This document shows, in pieces, positions 29,744 through 40,036 of a stretch of DNA of 64,000 nucleotides (position 1 is the first letter of the stretch; each line of letters opens with the position of its first letter). The stretch is from Candidatus Poribacteria bacterium (GTDB lineage: Bacteria > Poribacteria > WGA-4E > PCPOR2b). The DNA lies in assembly GCA_965208325.1 (NCBI GenBank), contig OZ242326.1, positions 480,001-544,000 on the forward strand, written 5' to 3'. The notes under the pieces are model-generated. The model saw only the letters and a list, made by a program, of their open reading frames with translations. It did no database searches and had not been told where the DNA came from. The position numbers and the translations under genes were made by a program.

Positions 29744-30769
29744 TCACGTCGTTGACTGAATTTCCGTCAATTTGTGTCGGACAGTTGCCCACACTTCATC
29801 AACCGTAATGCGTTTCATACAGATGTTGTCTTTACACTTATCAGTAAACTGCTTGCACGGGCTGCACGGAACGTGATGGCGGATGGTTGAATGGATAAGG
29901 TCCAATGGTTGAAAACGCGTGTGATTTCCCGGTCCAAACAACGCGACCGTAGGAGTACGCATCGCCGCGGAAATATGCATGGGGCCCGTGTCGTTCGTGA
30001 TGAAAAGATCGCACAATTCGATTAGCGCCGAGAATTGGCGAATGGGCAAATGCACGGAAAATGTAGTTGCCCGCGCCTCCATGAGACTGGCGACGTGATT
30101 CACAAGTTCACCCTCATTTGGACCGCCAAAGATTAGCACTTGTGCGTCAAATTCATGGACTGTTCGATCGCCGACAGCGGCAAATCGGTCGGGCATCCAC
30201 TCACGCAATTTCCACCCCGCTCCAGGGAATAATCCCACCTTTATCCGATTTGGATGAGCGCCTTTGGTATCGAGCAGATTACGAGCGCTTTCTCGATCCG
30301 CGTCCGACAAAAACAGTTCCAACGTGCGATCGGATGTCTCAATTCCCAATGGACGGAGTAAATCGAAATTCCTATTGATAGCGTGTAGGTTCACGAGGTC
30401 TTGCGCACGCACCGCGCACATCAACCTGTTTCGCCGATGATCCCCGACACGGCATTTTGAACCGCTCAAGTACGCCAGCAAATTGGTGCGAAACTTGCTT
30501 TGAAAATCAATGGCAAGGTCGAAGTCTCGTCGTCTCAGAATACGGACGATTCGCATCATTTCACTGGTATCCCTGTTTTTTGCCCTTCGATCAAATCCGA
30601 TAACCTCGTCGAGGTGAGGGTTCTCGGAGATTAAATCGACAAACTGTTTTGCAACCAGCATTGAAATCCGCGCCTTTGGGTAGTGGCATCGTACCGCACG
30701 GATAGCCGGCGAAGTGAGTATAATGTCGCCAAGCGAGCTGAGGCGGATGAGAAGGATGTTCTGATGCAT
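29744..30769 (-). CDS. waaF: Lipopolysaccharide heptosyltransferase (GT9, WaaF-like)
   Basis: ILLIRLSSLGDIIL, FPGA..REW, FITNDTGPMHISAA, ALFGP, CSPC..C...C tail. Confidence 0.8.
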   Translation of the reverse strand: MHQNILLIRLSSLGDIILTSPAIRAVRCHYPKARISMLVAKQFVDLISENPHLDEVIGFDRRAKNRDTSEMMRIVRILRRRDFDLAIDFQSKFRTNLLAYLSGSKCRVGDHRRNRLMCAVRAQDLVNLHAINRNFDLLRPLGIETSDRTLELFLSDADRESARNLLDTKGAHPNRIKVGLFPGAGWKLREWMPDRFAAVGDRTVHEFDAQVLIFGGPNEGELVNHVASLMEARATTFSVHLPIRQFSALIELCDLFITNDTGPMHISAAMRTPTVALFGPGNHTRFQPLDLIHSTIRHHVPCSPCKQFTDKCKDNICMKRITVDEVWATVRHKLTEIQSTT

Positions 30770-30796
30770 TTTCTTGAATTCAATTCTGCATTTTTC

Positions 30797-32420
30797 TTAT
30801 CGGACAACCGCAAATTCTCCGCTGCGGTTGACTAATTGCTCCCCGCTTGCCGCTTCCAAAATGTAGATACAAACACTGCTAGTCACACCTTCACCCGCCT
30901 GGTTTTCAAAATTCCAAATGAACTTTTCGTTACTGGAGCCGAACGGTTTACCGGTGACATTTTGTGATTCAACAGTGTGAACAATTTGACCTGCGGCGTC
31001 ATTCATTTTCAGCGTCACATCCGCTGATTTTGATAGGCCGAACCTGATGTTGACTTCGAACTTAGCGGGATTAGGATCGAGGAGCACCTCGGTGGCGAAA
31101 TCAAATATATCGCTCGTGAAAAAGGTTTGGCGATGGTACACCGAATGTTTCGCTCGATCGGTAGCCGTAAGCTCCAGGGTATGCTAACCTGCATTTAGGT
31201 CGCTTGGCATGTTACATAAACTGTCAGTGTTTCGCTCATAATGAAATTGGACGGGCCGGCTATCGCCCCGCATTTCGATGTTATCAACACAGAGCTTAGT
31301 CTGTAATCACGCCCTCGACCAAAAACCGACTCTAGGGCACGTCATCGCAATCTCCAGTCTGGAAGGAATAGATAATGGGCGGGTCTTTTTCCGTTAAAAG
31401 CACGTAACTGCCAAACTGATGTCCGACCGCCTCAAGTGAACCGAATTCATTGGTAGTAGTACCACGCGGAATCCAAGATTCGTCCCGCGGATCCCACCAA
31501 AAAGGCACCATACGGCCGAAATTCTCTGCCACCTCAAAGTCGTTGGTTTGTAAATCTTTCGTCATCGGACGAGTTTGAAAAACCTAAAACAGGACTAGGT
31601 CGTGGAAATGGCAAATAAATCCAGAGTAGCGTATGCCCTTCTTCATATTTGGCTTCGATCGTGTAAACAGGAGGCAGAACTAATAGGCATCGTTGCATCG
31701 CATATTGATTCTGTGCTGCGGCAAGATTCTGTTCTGATCCACTTTGGCTGCGCAATGTCATCTTAAAATCCGGTTCAACGGTATGTCGAAACAAGACAAC
31801 ATGGGGACCGTCTTCAAAGTAAAGGCGATAGAGCGACGGCAAGGGCATTTGTTCACGGATGTATTGTGAAAGTCGTGTAAGCGATAATCCCGAGGGTCTA
31901 TTCTGGTCGGTGGAATACCCAAAGAGGGGTATTTCGAAATTGTTTGCTTGAAAATCCGCACCGAATTGCGAGGGCTGCACAACCGCCGCAAGCGAGAACC
32001 CGCTTTGCGGAGGCACAATGCGGAATTCACTGTGATATCGAAACAGGCGATAGTCATTTATTGCGACCGATGCGGTGCCATTTTCGATTCTGTTCGACGG
32101 ATTGAGGTTGAGTGAGTATCCTAACGACGAACCTAATGGTAAGATTTCGGCGGAAGGAACTACAGCAAAGCGTTTATTTGAATCTACGAAAACTTTCAGC
32201 ACATCTTCCGTGAGATTCGCGGAAATAGCGGCATGAGGTGGTTGCGTATTGATAAAAAACTCAAAATCAACACTTTCCACCGAATTGCTTTAATTTCAAT
32301 TCGGTTTTCACCTTCTCGCAACAAAAACGGCGATTCAAACCTCCCTTTCTCATCAATGCTTTGTTGAAAGAATATTTCCCATCCACCAAGTCGGTTGTCG
32401 CTCAACGCATCAACGATTTA
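30797..32420 (-). pseudogene. Degraded gene for a large secreted Ig-repeat protein with C-terminal FlgD/CTD-like domain
   Basis: Consecutive fragments in shifting frames (32196-32405, 31534-32280, 31332-31565, 30797-31141); in-frame stop in DLNAG*HTLELTATDRA near 31184; eroded CTD motifs (DPNP, WNFENQAGEGVTSSVCIY). Confidence 0.75.
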
Positions 32421-32631
32421 CTTCCATTGGAACAAATCGCCGGCTGTCTTGATAATCCGGAACCAAGCGATAGCCGCACACCGAAGCCCAGAATTTCGGG
32501 GTTGCGTAAGATGGATGAACACAATTTAATCCGGTGAGCCAACAAAATGAAACGTGTATTAAGAACCGTCCTGTCCCACTAATTGCGACGAGTGGGTCCT
32601 TCCGGTATTCTTGATTTCTGGCTTTCACTTT

Positions 32632-33240
32632 TCACATCTGGCGGAAAAGCCCAATTACCTTGCCCAAGACTTGAACCTCAGACACCACAATCGCATCCAT
32701 ATCGGGATTCTCAGGTTTCAAGCTAATTTTGTCGCCCTCATAGAAAAATCGTTTTACCGTCGCTTCATCATCAAGCAGAGCCACAACAATGTCCCCTGGG
32801 TCCGCAACACTTTGTGATTTCACAACGACCAAATCTCCTTCCAAGATTCCTGCATCAATCATACTTGAGCCATTCACCCGGAGGGCGAAGCATGAGTCAT
32901 CCTTAATCATTTCTTTGGGGACCGGCAGGCTTCCTTCTAGGTTTTCAGATGCCAAAAGGGGGACTCCAGCAGCTACACGTCCAACAATAGGGACTTCAGC
33001 CGCTTGCCGAAGTCCCTTTTTGGACACACCTTCTAAGATTTCGATTGCCCGCGGTTTTCCGCTGGCGCGCTTAATGTACCCTTTCTTCTCGATAGCATTC
33101 AGGTAATCGTGAGCAGCCTTTTCAGAAATTCCGAATGCTCTCCCGGTCTCGCGAACAGTCGGTGGATACCCGAAATTCTGTAGGTGATACGAAATATATT
33201 CTAGGACTGTTTCCTGTTTTTTTGTCAACGGTTTACGCAT
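32632..33240 (-). CDS. lexA: LexA SOS repressor
   Basis: wHTH GYPPTVRE, cleavage site VAAG, catalytic Ser (GSSM) and Lys (ATVKRF). Confidence 0.97.
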   Translation of the reverse strand: MRKPLTKKQETVLEYISYHLQNFGYPPTVRETGRAFGISEKAAHDYLNAIEKKGYIKRASGKPRAIEILEGVSKKGLRQAAEVPIVGRVAAGVPLLASENLEGSLPVPKEMIKDDSCFALRVNGSSMIDAGILEGDLVVVKSQSVADPGDIVVALLDDEATVKRFFYEGDKISLKPENPDMDAIVVSEVQVLGKVIGLFRQM

Positions 33241-33271
33241 GGTGCTTCCTCCTAAAGTTTAGAAAATAAGA

Positions 33272-33290
33272 AGTGTATGGAGCATACACT
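33272..33290. promoter_or_regulatory. Perfect palindrome upstream of lexA; candidate LexA operator
   Basis: AGTGTATG-GAG-CATACACT, about 30-50 nt upstream of the lexA start. Confidence 0.55.
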
Positions 33291-33388
33291 CAACATGTTT
33301 GAAACGATATCTAGGCACCCTTTAATTCAACTATACACAGGTTAAGATGTCAAGGAAAAACCGCATAAATGGCAGTGCGTTATTTTTT

Positions 33389-33443
33389 AAACCCCTACAA
33401 TGCGGGTAAATTAGCCATTGGATACGTTTCGCAATAGGGGTTT
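33389..33443. repeat. Imperfect inverted repeat (REP-like)
   Basis: AAACCCCTAcaaTGCG ... CGCAaTAGGGGTTT; similar termini at 57703-57753. Confidence 0.35.
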
Positions 33444-33624
33444 CACTGACGCCACAGACATCTTCAGCTAAACATTAACCGGCCAAGAAATCTCAAAACT
33501 GAGTCTCTTCATAGGTTATGAAACAATCGCATTCTTATAAGACGACTGAATTTATCGGTGAGGAGACCGAATGTCAGCGTGCACAGTTTCGCCGTTAGTT
33601 TAATCCACCCAATTCAGTTTTCAC

Positions 33625-36363
33625 TTACGGGTGTCGGTGCTGCACAAAACTCACGGGAATGAGTATCAGAAGAGCGGGGATTATCACCCATTTCCATTCT
33701 GTAAAGAGCGGTTCTATCCCCAGGATTGGATGTGCGTAAGGGAGATAGACAATAAACACGTGTAAACCCATGCACGCCAGAATAGTAATTAAAAGGGGCA
33801 CATTCGCAATGACTCTTTTGAGAAGGGATTGCCAAGGATGTCGATGGCATTGAAAGGTTGCGGCCAATTGTGTGAAGATTAAAATGGAACATGCGACTGT
33901 TTGCGCTTGAATCTGACCCGAAGATTGCAGCGTCGCCACAAACCCGACAATTGTCATGAGTGCAATCCAAAGGCCGCGAACTAGGATATCAAAGCGATAG
34001 TCTTTTGAAAGGAAGGGTGAAACATTATGGCTTCGGTTGTGCTTCAGCTGACCTTGTATTCGATCTTGGCCGAGCGCAATTAGCGGAAATAAATTGACGA
34101 GTAAGTGGATCCAGATGATGTGATGCAGAGTAAGCGGCATTGGGAATTCGCGCCACAACTGCAGGCCGGATCCGAGCTGAAGGATGAGTCCAATGAAAAG
34201 CGTGGTCATCTGCGCTAGCGTACACGTCAACAACCAACGCATAGAATTCTTAAGATTACTGTGAGCTTCACGCGCGTGAAGCAGCAGATCGGCAATGAAA
34301 CGAAACCCATCCTTAAGTATTAAACAACCCGCGTTATGTTGGATTACGGGCGACGTACATGACGCAGATGCAATACTGACATCAGCCGCTTCCATTGCCC
34401 TTGTATCGGTAGGTGCTTGTCCGCAAAAACCGACCGAATGATTGTTGTGTTTGAGTTTTTCTACCAGCTTAAGTTTTTGTTCCGCAGATGGGCTGCAATA
34501 TACAAGTAGCCGATTGGCAATCGAATCGTAATGCTCTTCGCTAAATTCGTCTAGATTTGAGCGGGATACAACAGCATTTCCATCCTGGATAATTCCAAAT
34601 TCTCGCGCAACATCTGTCGAATTTTCCTTGTCTTTTTCGGTAATCAGCACTACTTTAACACCTGCACCTAAGCAGAACTCAACACTCTCTTTAGAACCTT
34701 CATATTCCTGCTGTGAAAAGGCGACTAATCCCAAAAAAGTTAAGTTTCGACCTATTTCGTCTTGCGGCGGAAGGGAATTGCGACTTCGATAGGCGACGCC
34801 AAATACTTGGGCTCTGTTATCCGACAAATATTGAGCAGCTAGTCGAATCATCTGTTTTTGGTCAAAACTTATGCGATCCATGGATTCGCCAATTTGCATT
34901 CGTTGAGCGCCCTGTATTATAGCGTCGGGGTGACCAAACATAATATTCAAAAACCTGTTTTCTTGCGTTTCCAAAACAACTGCGTCAAAGGGCGGGCCTG
35001 CTGTTTCCGTTATTTCAGCGACTTTCGTTAAAGCTGCATCATAATGCTCTAAATCCAATCCGATTTGGTCCGCCAGCTTAATCAGTGCTTCAGCGACAAC
35101 ATCTTCCGACGGGTTTTGATTGATTAAGTCGCGGCGTTTGCCATGAGTCTTGCAAAGTGTCGCTAACAATATCAACAGTTGAAAACCAGGCGAGATTGCG
35201 CCATTCGGTGGCAGAGACGCATCTAATGTCTCGTCCGTCTCTTGTGGCACAGTCTCAGCATTCTTTAACCTATCTTCCCACGATTCTCTGTCGATGAGTT
35301 CTTCATCAATAAAAACACGAGACGTGGACATTTGCTCTTTTGTGAAATTACCAATCTCATTGACGCATACGGCTGTTATGCTGCTTAGCCGCTCAAGATT
35401 TACCACATCGCGAATACCAATGCCCTTTTTGAACAGTTTGTGAGCATTTCCTGCCAGAGTTGCCCGACACGTTGAAACTACCCCGTCGGGAATGGAAGCG
35501 AGTACAAACCCTAATCCAAGAAAAAGCAATGATTGCCAATTTTCCTCAAAACTTTTGCGTTGAAAGTACCAAGTCGCCAAGACCGCAACCCCTCCTAATA
35601 TCAGGCCGGTAATCTTAAATCGATTATAAACCGAGTCCATCTGAATCTCTGCTTCCGACTCCAAATTAAGCTCGGTAGGGGCACTGCGGTACGGTTGGTT
35701 GATTTCTAATTCTTCGCCTGTTCCGACGACTATGGCGCGTCCCTCGCCTTGTAACACATACGAGCCCGCAAAAACCATGTTAGCCTGTTTTTCAGGCGGT
35801 ACGGTCCTATCGGGCATGTCATCTGTTGTTTTTTGCGTTGACATCGACATGCCGAATAGCGGAGTTTCATCAACAACCAGATCGTCCGCGTCAACTATTC
35901 GCGCGTCCGCGGAGATGAAACTCCCTTCAGCCAAGACAAGCAAATCTCCCGGCACAACCGATTCGGGTGTGACATTTTCAAGTCGTGCATCTCGAATGAC
36001 CGAGACCGTAATTTTTAGACTGCGCTTAATTGATCGGCGATGCGAGCGGGATTTGCTATCTTGGAAAAACTGCCACAGCAAGTGCAAGAAGAGAACACCA
36101 AAAACTGCGATCGCCTTAAGAAGAGAGTGGTTGGGATAGGTATGGATGATTCCAACGATGACTAAAATAACAACTGTAACGCTAGTCAGTTGCCTTGCGA
36201 AGAAGGAAAGGATAGGCCTTTCATGGGATGGTAGAATTTCGTTGTCGCCGTATTCACCTCGCCGTGCACTTGCTTCATCAGCGCTCAACCCACGCTCAAG
36301 ATCGGTATTAAACTCGTGTAGAATATATGGAATTTTCTGGGTGTACCAATTTGATGTGTTCAT
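33625..36363 (-). CDS. P2-type (SERCA-like) cation ATPase homologue with degenerate catalytic motifs
   Basis: Cation_ATPase_N (GLSADEA..RRGEYGDNEI), VPGDLLVL, ISADARI, NMVFAGS, LTFLGLV and the expected TM layout; DKTGT is replaced by NEIGN. Confidence 0.9.
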   Translation of the reverse strand: MNTSNWYTQKIPYILHEFNTDLERGLSADEASARRGEYGDNEILPSHERPILSFFARQLTSVTVVILVIVGIIHTYPNHSLLKAIAVFGVLFLHLLWQFFQDSKSRSHRRSIKRSLKITVSVIRDARLENVTPESVVPGDLLVLAEGSFISADARIVDADDLVVDETPLFGMSMSTQKTTDDMPDRTVPPEKQANMVFAGSYVLQGEGRAIVVGTGEELEINQPYRSAPTELNLESEAEIQMDSVYNRFKITGLILGGVAVLATWYFQRKSFEENWQSLLFLGLGFVLASIPDGVVSTCRATLAGNAHKLFKKGIGIRDVVNLERLSSITAVCVNEIGNFTKEQMSTSRVFIDEELIDRESWEDRLKNAETVPQETDETLDASLPPNGAISPGFQLLILLATLCKTHGKRRDLINQNPSEDVVAEALIKLADQIGLDLEHYDAALTKVAEITETAGPPFDAVVLETQENRFLNIMFGHPDAIIQGAQRMQIGESMDRISFDQKQMIRLAAQYLSDNRAQVFGVAYRSRNSLPPQDEIGRNLTFLGLVAFSQQEYEGSKESVEFCLGAGVKVVLITEKDKENSTDVAREFGIIQDGNAVVSRSNLDEFSEEHYDSIANRLLVYCSPSAEQKLKLVEKLKHNNHSVGFCGQAPTDTRAMEAADVSIASASCTSPVIQHNAGCLILKDGFRFIADLLLHAREAHSNLKNSMRWLLTCTLAQMTTLFIGLILQLGSGLQLWREFPMPLTLHHIIWIHLLVNLFPLIALGQDRIQGQLKHNRSHNVSPFLSKDYRFDILVRGLWIALMTIVGFVATLQSSGQIQAQTVACSILIFTQLAATFQCHRHPWQSLLKRVIANVPLLITILACMGLHVFIVYLPYAHPILGIEPLFTEWKWVIIPALLILIPVSFVQHRHP

Positions 36364-36507
36364 TTTTTTTGAAGAGGTTCGCGCAGAGCGGCATAAAGAA
36401 AAGTACGCGAATCCGCTGTTCGATGTCGGTAAGTCCTATTTCGACGTGATACGTGGAATAAATGCAAGTAAACGAATTACATCGTTAAGACACATTGGCT
36501 TTTAGCT

Positions 36508-37452
36508 TCATCTCATTCCACTATTCACGCACGAATTTGTTTGTTCTCCTATATCCACGGTTGCGCCGGTAGAATCAATTGATAGAATCTTAACGTTGCA
36601 GGACACACCGTGCATTGCAAAAGCTTGATTCATTTGATTAGCGATATTTTGCTCTTCCTTAATGCAATATGCGGCAACACTTGGCCCCGCGCCGCTGAGC
36701 GCAATCCCTAATGCACCTGCTCTCATAGCGGCTTCAGCAACGTCGTCAAATCCTGGTATGAGCGATTTCCGATAAGGTTGATGCAACCGGTCACGCATCG
36801 CGAACGGCAACAATTCTAGGTTGCCAGTTGCGAATGCAGCGACGAGTAACGAGCTGCTACTTACGTTGTGGACGGCGTCGCAAAATTTTACAGTGTCTGG
36901 CAAGACGCCGCGTGCCCGTTCTGTCGGCATCTGGAAATCTGGTATGGCTATGGCAACGGAAAGATTGGGATGACAATCCAATTTGATGGTGTGTACTCGC
37001 CCGTCAAGTGTGAGTGATACTACCAACCCTCCTAGAAGAGAAGCGGCAACATTATCTGGATGCCCTTCAAGTGCTGTTGCGAAATTGAGTAGTTGGTCTC
37101 GCGAAAATGGATCGCCGCAAAGCGCGTTAGCTGTCAATAAACCGCCGAGAATAGCCGTGCCGCTCCCACCTAACCCTCGAATCGCTGGGATGCCATTCTC
37201 TATACGCAATCTGAGTCCTCTGGGTTGGTAGCAGGTTTTTTCGAAAACCACATTTGCGGCGCGATAGGCTACATTATCAACATCTTTGGAAATAATTTGC
37301 GAATCAATCCCGCTAACGAGAATTTCAATGCCAGAATTAATCTCCTCGAGTTCAACCGTACTATAAAGTCGGAGGGCCAACCCGAGCACATCAAAACCAG
37401 GCCCCAAATTGGTTGTGCTTGCAGGGATCCGGGCGATTGATTTGCGCGGCAT
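36508..37452 (-). CDS. thrB: Homoserine kinase
   Basis: PASTTNLGPGFDVLGLAL, IPAIRGLGGSG, EGHPDNVA, DRLHQPYR, LSGAGPS. Confidence 0.96.
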   Translation of the reverse strand: MPRKSIARIPASTTNLGPGFDVLGLALRLYSTVELEEINSGIEILVSGIDSQIISKDVDNVAYRAANVVFEKTCYQPRGLRLRIENGIPAIRGLGGSGTAILGGLLTANALCGDPFSRDQLLNFATALEGHPDNVAASLLGGLVVSLTLDGRVHTIKLDCHPNLSVAIAIPDFQMPTERARGVLPDTVKFCDAVHNVSSSSLLVAAFATGNLELLPFAMRDRLHQPYRKSLIPGFDDVAEAAMRAGALGIALSGAGPSVAAYCIKEEQNIANQMNQAFAMHGVSCNVKILSIDSTGATVDIGEQTNSCVNSGMR

Positions 37453-37460
37453 AAATTTTC

Positions 37461-38630
37461 CTAGTTATTGATGCGTGAAATTGCCGCGTCCATGCGGACT
37501 AATGCTTCACTGATATTTTCTAAGGAATTTGCATACGAAAGTCTGATGTATCCGTCGCCGAATTTGCCAAACCCGGTACCAGACAATACGCCAACGCCCG
37601 CTTCTTCAAGCAGATAATCCTCTAACGCTTCGCACGACATTGGAACTTGCGAGACATTCGCAAAGACGTAAAAGGCGCCAAGCGGTGTGATACAACTGAT
37701 ACCATCAATGGAATTTAAACCTTCGACAATCAGATTACGCCGCTGCCGGAACTCGGTTACCATTTGAATAACGAAATCTTGCGGCCCTTTTAAGGCTTCA
37801 ATACCAGCTATCTGTGTGAACGAACAGGTACAAGAATTGGAGTTAATCATCAATTGCGTAATTTTATCCGCCATCGGTTTGGGTGAAATTCCGTATCCCA
37901 ACCGCCATCCTGTCATCGCATAGGTTTTAGAATGACCTTCAATAAGAATTGTCCGCTCCTTCATCTCAGGAAGGCTGATTATACTTTCATGGACACCTTC
38001 ATAAAGAATGCGCGAATAAACCTCATCTGTTAATACATAAAAATCGTACTTAATCGCTAATTCCGCGATGGCTTCGAGATCAGATTTTTCCAAAATACCG
38101 CCCGTTGGATTTTGGGGCGAATTGATGATGAGAAGCCGTGTCCGATCCGAGATTGCTGAGGCAAGATCTTCAATTCGGAAGCGGAAGCCAACGTCTTCAC
38201 GCAGCGGCAGTGGAACCGGCGTGCCTCCGACAAAGTTTATGACCGATTCGTAAATTGGAAAGCCGGGGTTGGGATAGATGACTTCACTTCCTGGTTCGGC
38301 GAGTGCGAAAATAGTAAAAAAGATAATGGGTTTGGCGCCGGGAGTAACTGCGACTTCTTCAGGATGGACTATGACCCCTCTGGTTTCTGAGATATGTTCC
38401 GCGGCGACTTCGCGAAACTCAATTAATCCCGCGGAGGGACCGTATCCGGTATATCCATCCTTCATCGCCTTATACCCCGCTTCGCAGATGTTCATCGGGG
38501 TATTGAAATCCGGTTGCCCAATTTCGAGATGTATGATATTCCGGCCTTTTGCCTCTAAGCCTTTTGCTTTTGCCAGCACTTCGAAGGCGGATTCAGTTCC
38601 TAGCCGACTCATTCGCTGCGCAAATCTCAT
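37461..38630 (-). CDS. PLP-dependent class I/II aminotransferase (aspartate aminotransferase-like)
   Basis: GQPDF, NSPQNPTG, TDEVY, SKTYAMTGWRLG, GAFYVF. Confidence 0.93.
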   Translation of the reverse strand: MRFAQRMSRLGTESAFEVLAKAKGLEAKGRNIIHLEIGQPDFNTPMNICEAGYKAMKDGYTGYGPSAGLIEFREVAAEHISETRGVIVHPEEVAVTPGAKPIIFFTIFALAEPGSEVIYPNPGFPIYESVINFVGGTPVPLPLREDVGFRFRIEDLASAISDRTRLLIINSPQNPTGGILEKSDLEAIAELAIKYDFYVLTDEVYSRILYEGVHESIISLPEMKERTILIEGHSKTYAMTGWRLGYGISPKPMADKITQLMINSNSCTCSFTQIAGIEALKGPQDFVIQMVTEFRQRRNLIVEGLNSIDGISCITPLGAFYVFANVSQVPMSCEALEDYLLEEAGVGVLSGTGFGKFGDGYIRLSYANSLENISEALVRMDAAISRINN

Positions 38631-38673
38631 TCAGATTACCTTTCACCTAATCGATCCAATAAAACTACGGCGA

Positions 38674-39711
38674 TTATTCAGAATATTTCATTACGAAACC
38701 GTTGTTACCGGTAATCCAAATGTGGTTCGCGTCCAGAATAAACAGGTCGTTGACTGGAATTTTACTAATCATCGTCCCTTCAATGCTCTGGTTTTCCCAC
38801 GTTTTGCCGCCATCGATTGTATGAATTACGATGTTGATTCCCATATCGCCCCCAACTGCCCAACCCATCCTTTTGTCGACAAACTGCACGCTAGAGAGCG
38901 TTTCCTGCGTATTACTCGATTGTATTTTCCATCTATCGCCGCCATTTGTAGTGTGCAGCACAACGCCGCCTTCACCTACCGCCCAGCCGGTTGAGGCATC
39001 TATAAAAAATATATCTTTAAGGGTATCTTCGACATTTGTAAGTTGATCTGCCCAGGTTTTTCCACCATCCGTGGTTTTTTTAACGATCCCGTTTTGAACG
39101 CCGGCTTGCGGATTCACAAAAACACCCGCTATCCACCCGGTAGATTCGTCAATAAATTGTACGCAGTTGAACAATCCCTCTGGCTCCTCTCCAATTCGTG
39201 TGGGAAGTACGCCCCCTTGTAGGATATTCCATATTTTGCCTCCGTTAGTTGTTTGTAAGATGGTTTCTCCCATGCCCACCGCGTAACCGAATTCTTCGCT
39301 TACAAAGTGAATATCATACAACCAGTTGTCGACTTTACTAGTTTGGATATCCCATTGTTTGCCGCCGTTTGATGTCCCGACAATCATCCCATTCGCCCCT
39401 ACAGCCCAACCGTGCTTCTTGTCATAGAAAAAAACATTCGAGAGAATCTGATTGACGGCAATCTCCGCTTTTTCCCATGTCTTCCCGCCGTTCGTCGTAC
39501 GACCGATATAACCCGGATTCTCCATTTCCAAAGCTGAAACCCCGGCGACCCATCCTTCCCTCGCACTCACAAATATAATCGCATTATAATCTCGAATATC
39601 CTCATTATCCTGTTCCTGTAGAGCAAACCATTGTCCGTCGCCGTAAAGCGTGGTTGTCATGACCATTGATGCAAGCAAAAACGTTGTCAGAAACGCTGTC
39701 TTGATGTACAT
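38674..39711 (-). CDS. Secreted YCF48/BNR-repeat beta-propeller protein
   Basis: Signal peptide; repeated F.D...GWAVG..G.I..TTNGGKTW motifs. Confidence 0.88.
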   Translation of the reverse strand: MYIKTAFLTTFLLASMVMTTTLYGDGQWFALQEQDNEDIRDYNAIIFVSAREGWVAGVSALEMENPGYIGRTTNGGKTWEKAEIAVNQILSNVFFYDKKHGWAVGANGMIVGTSNGGKQWDIQTSKVDNWLYDIHFVSEEFGYAVGMGETILQTTNGGKIWNILQGGVLPTRIGEEPEGLFNCVQFIDESTGWIAGVFVNPQAGVQNGIVKKTTDGGKTWADQLTNVEDTLKDIFFIDASTGWAVGEGGVVLHTTNGGDRWKIQSSNTQETLSSVQFVDKRMGWAVGGDMGINIVIHTIDGGKTWENQSIEGTMISKIPVNDLFILDANHIWITGNNGFVMKYSE

Positions 39712-39742
39712 TTTTTAGTTGACTCCTTTCAAAATTTAGCGT

Positions 39743-39771
39743 AGTATAGCACCCATCGCGGTTGCTGTCAA
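39743..39771 (-). promoter_or_regulatory. Sigma70 promoter for the YCF48-aminotransferase-thrB run
   Basis: Minus strand TTGACA, 17 nt, TATACT, with extended -10 TG. Confidence 0.8.
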
Positions 39772-40036
39772 GCACAAACAAACCTTGATCTATGCGAAGC
39801 ATATTTCCCAAGGGAGCGTTGCGTCATTTTAGGCAAATTCCAATTATTGTCAAGAAAATTATTCAAAGTTCCGTTTTTGTTTGCACCGGTGTATACAGCC
39901 CATGATTTCAGCTTCGGTTTGATGGCAGTCCAAGGCTATTCGCTGTATAGGTTATTGAGGTTTAATATCGGGAAACCAGCGGTGTGCACGCATTGTAATA
40001 GTGGGATTCGATGACATTCGTAAGGAGGTAGGATAC

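Noticed and set aside
33625..36363. Functional Ca2+-transporting ATPase, or a conventional pseudogene
   Set aside because: The phosphorylatable Asp and other motifs are missing, yet the frame is full-length and uninterrupted; reported as a pseudoenzyme instead.
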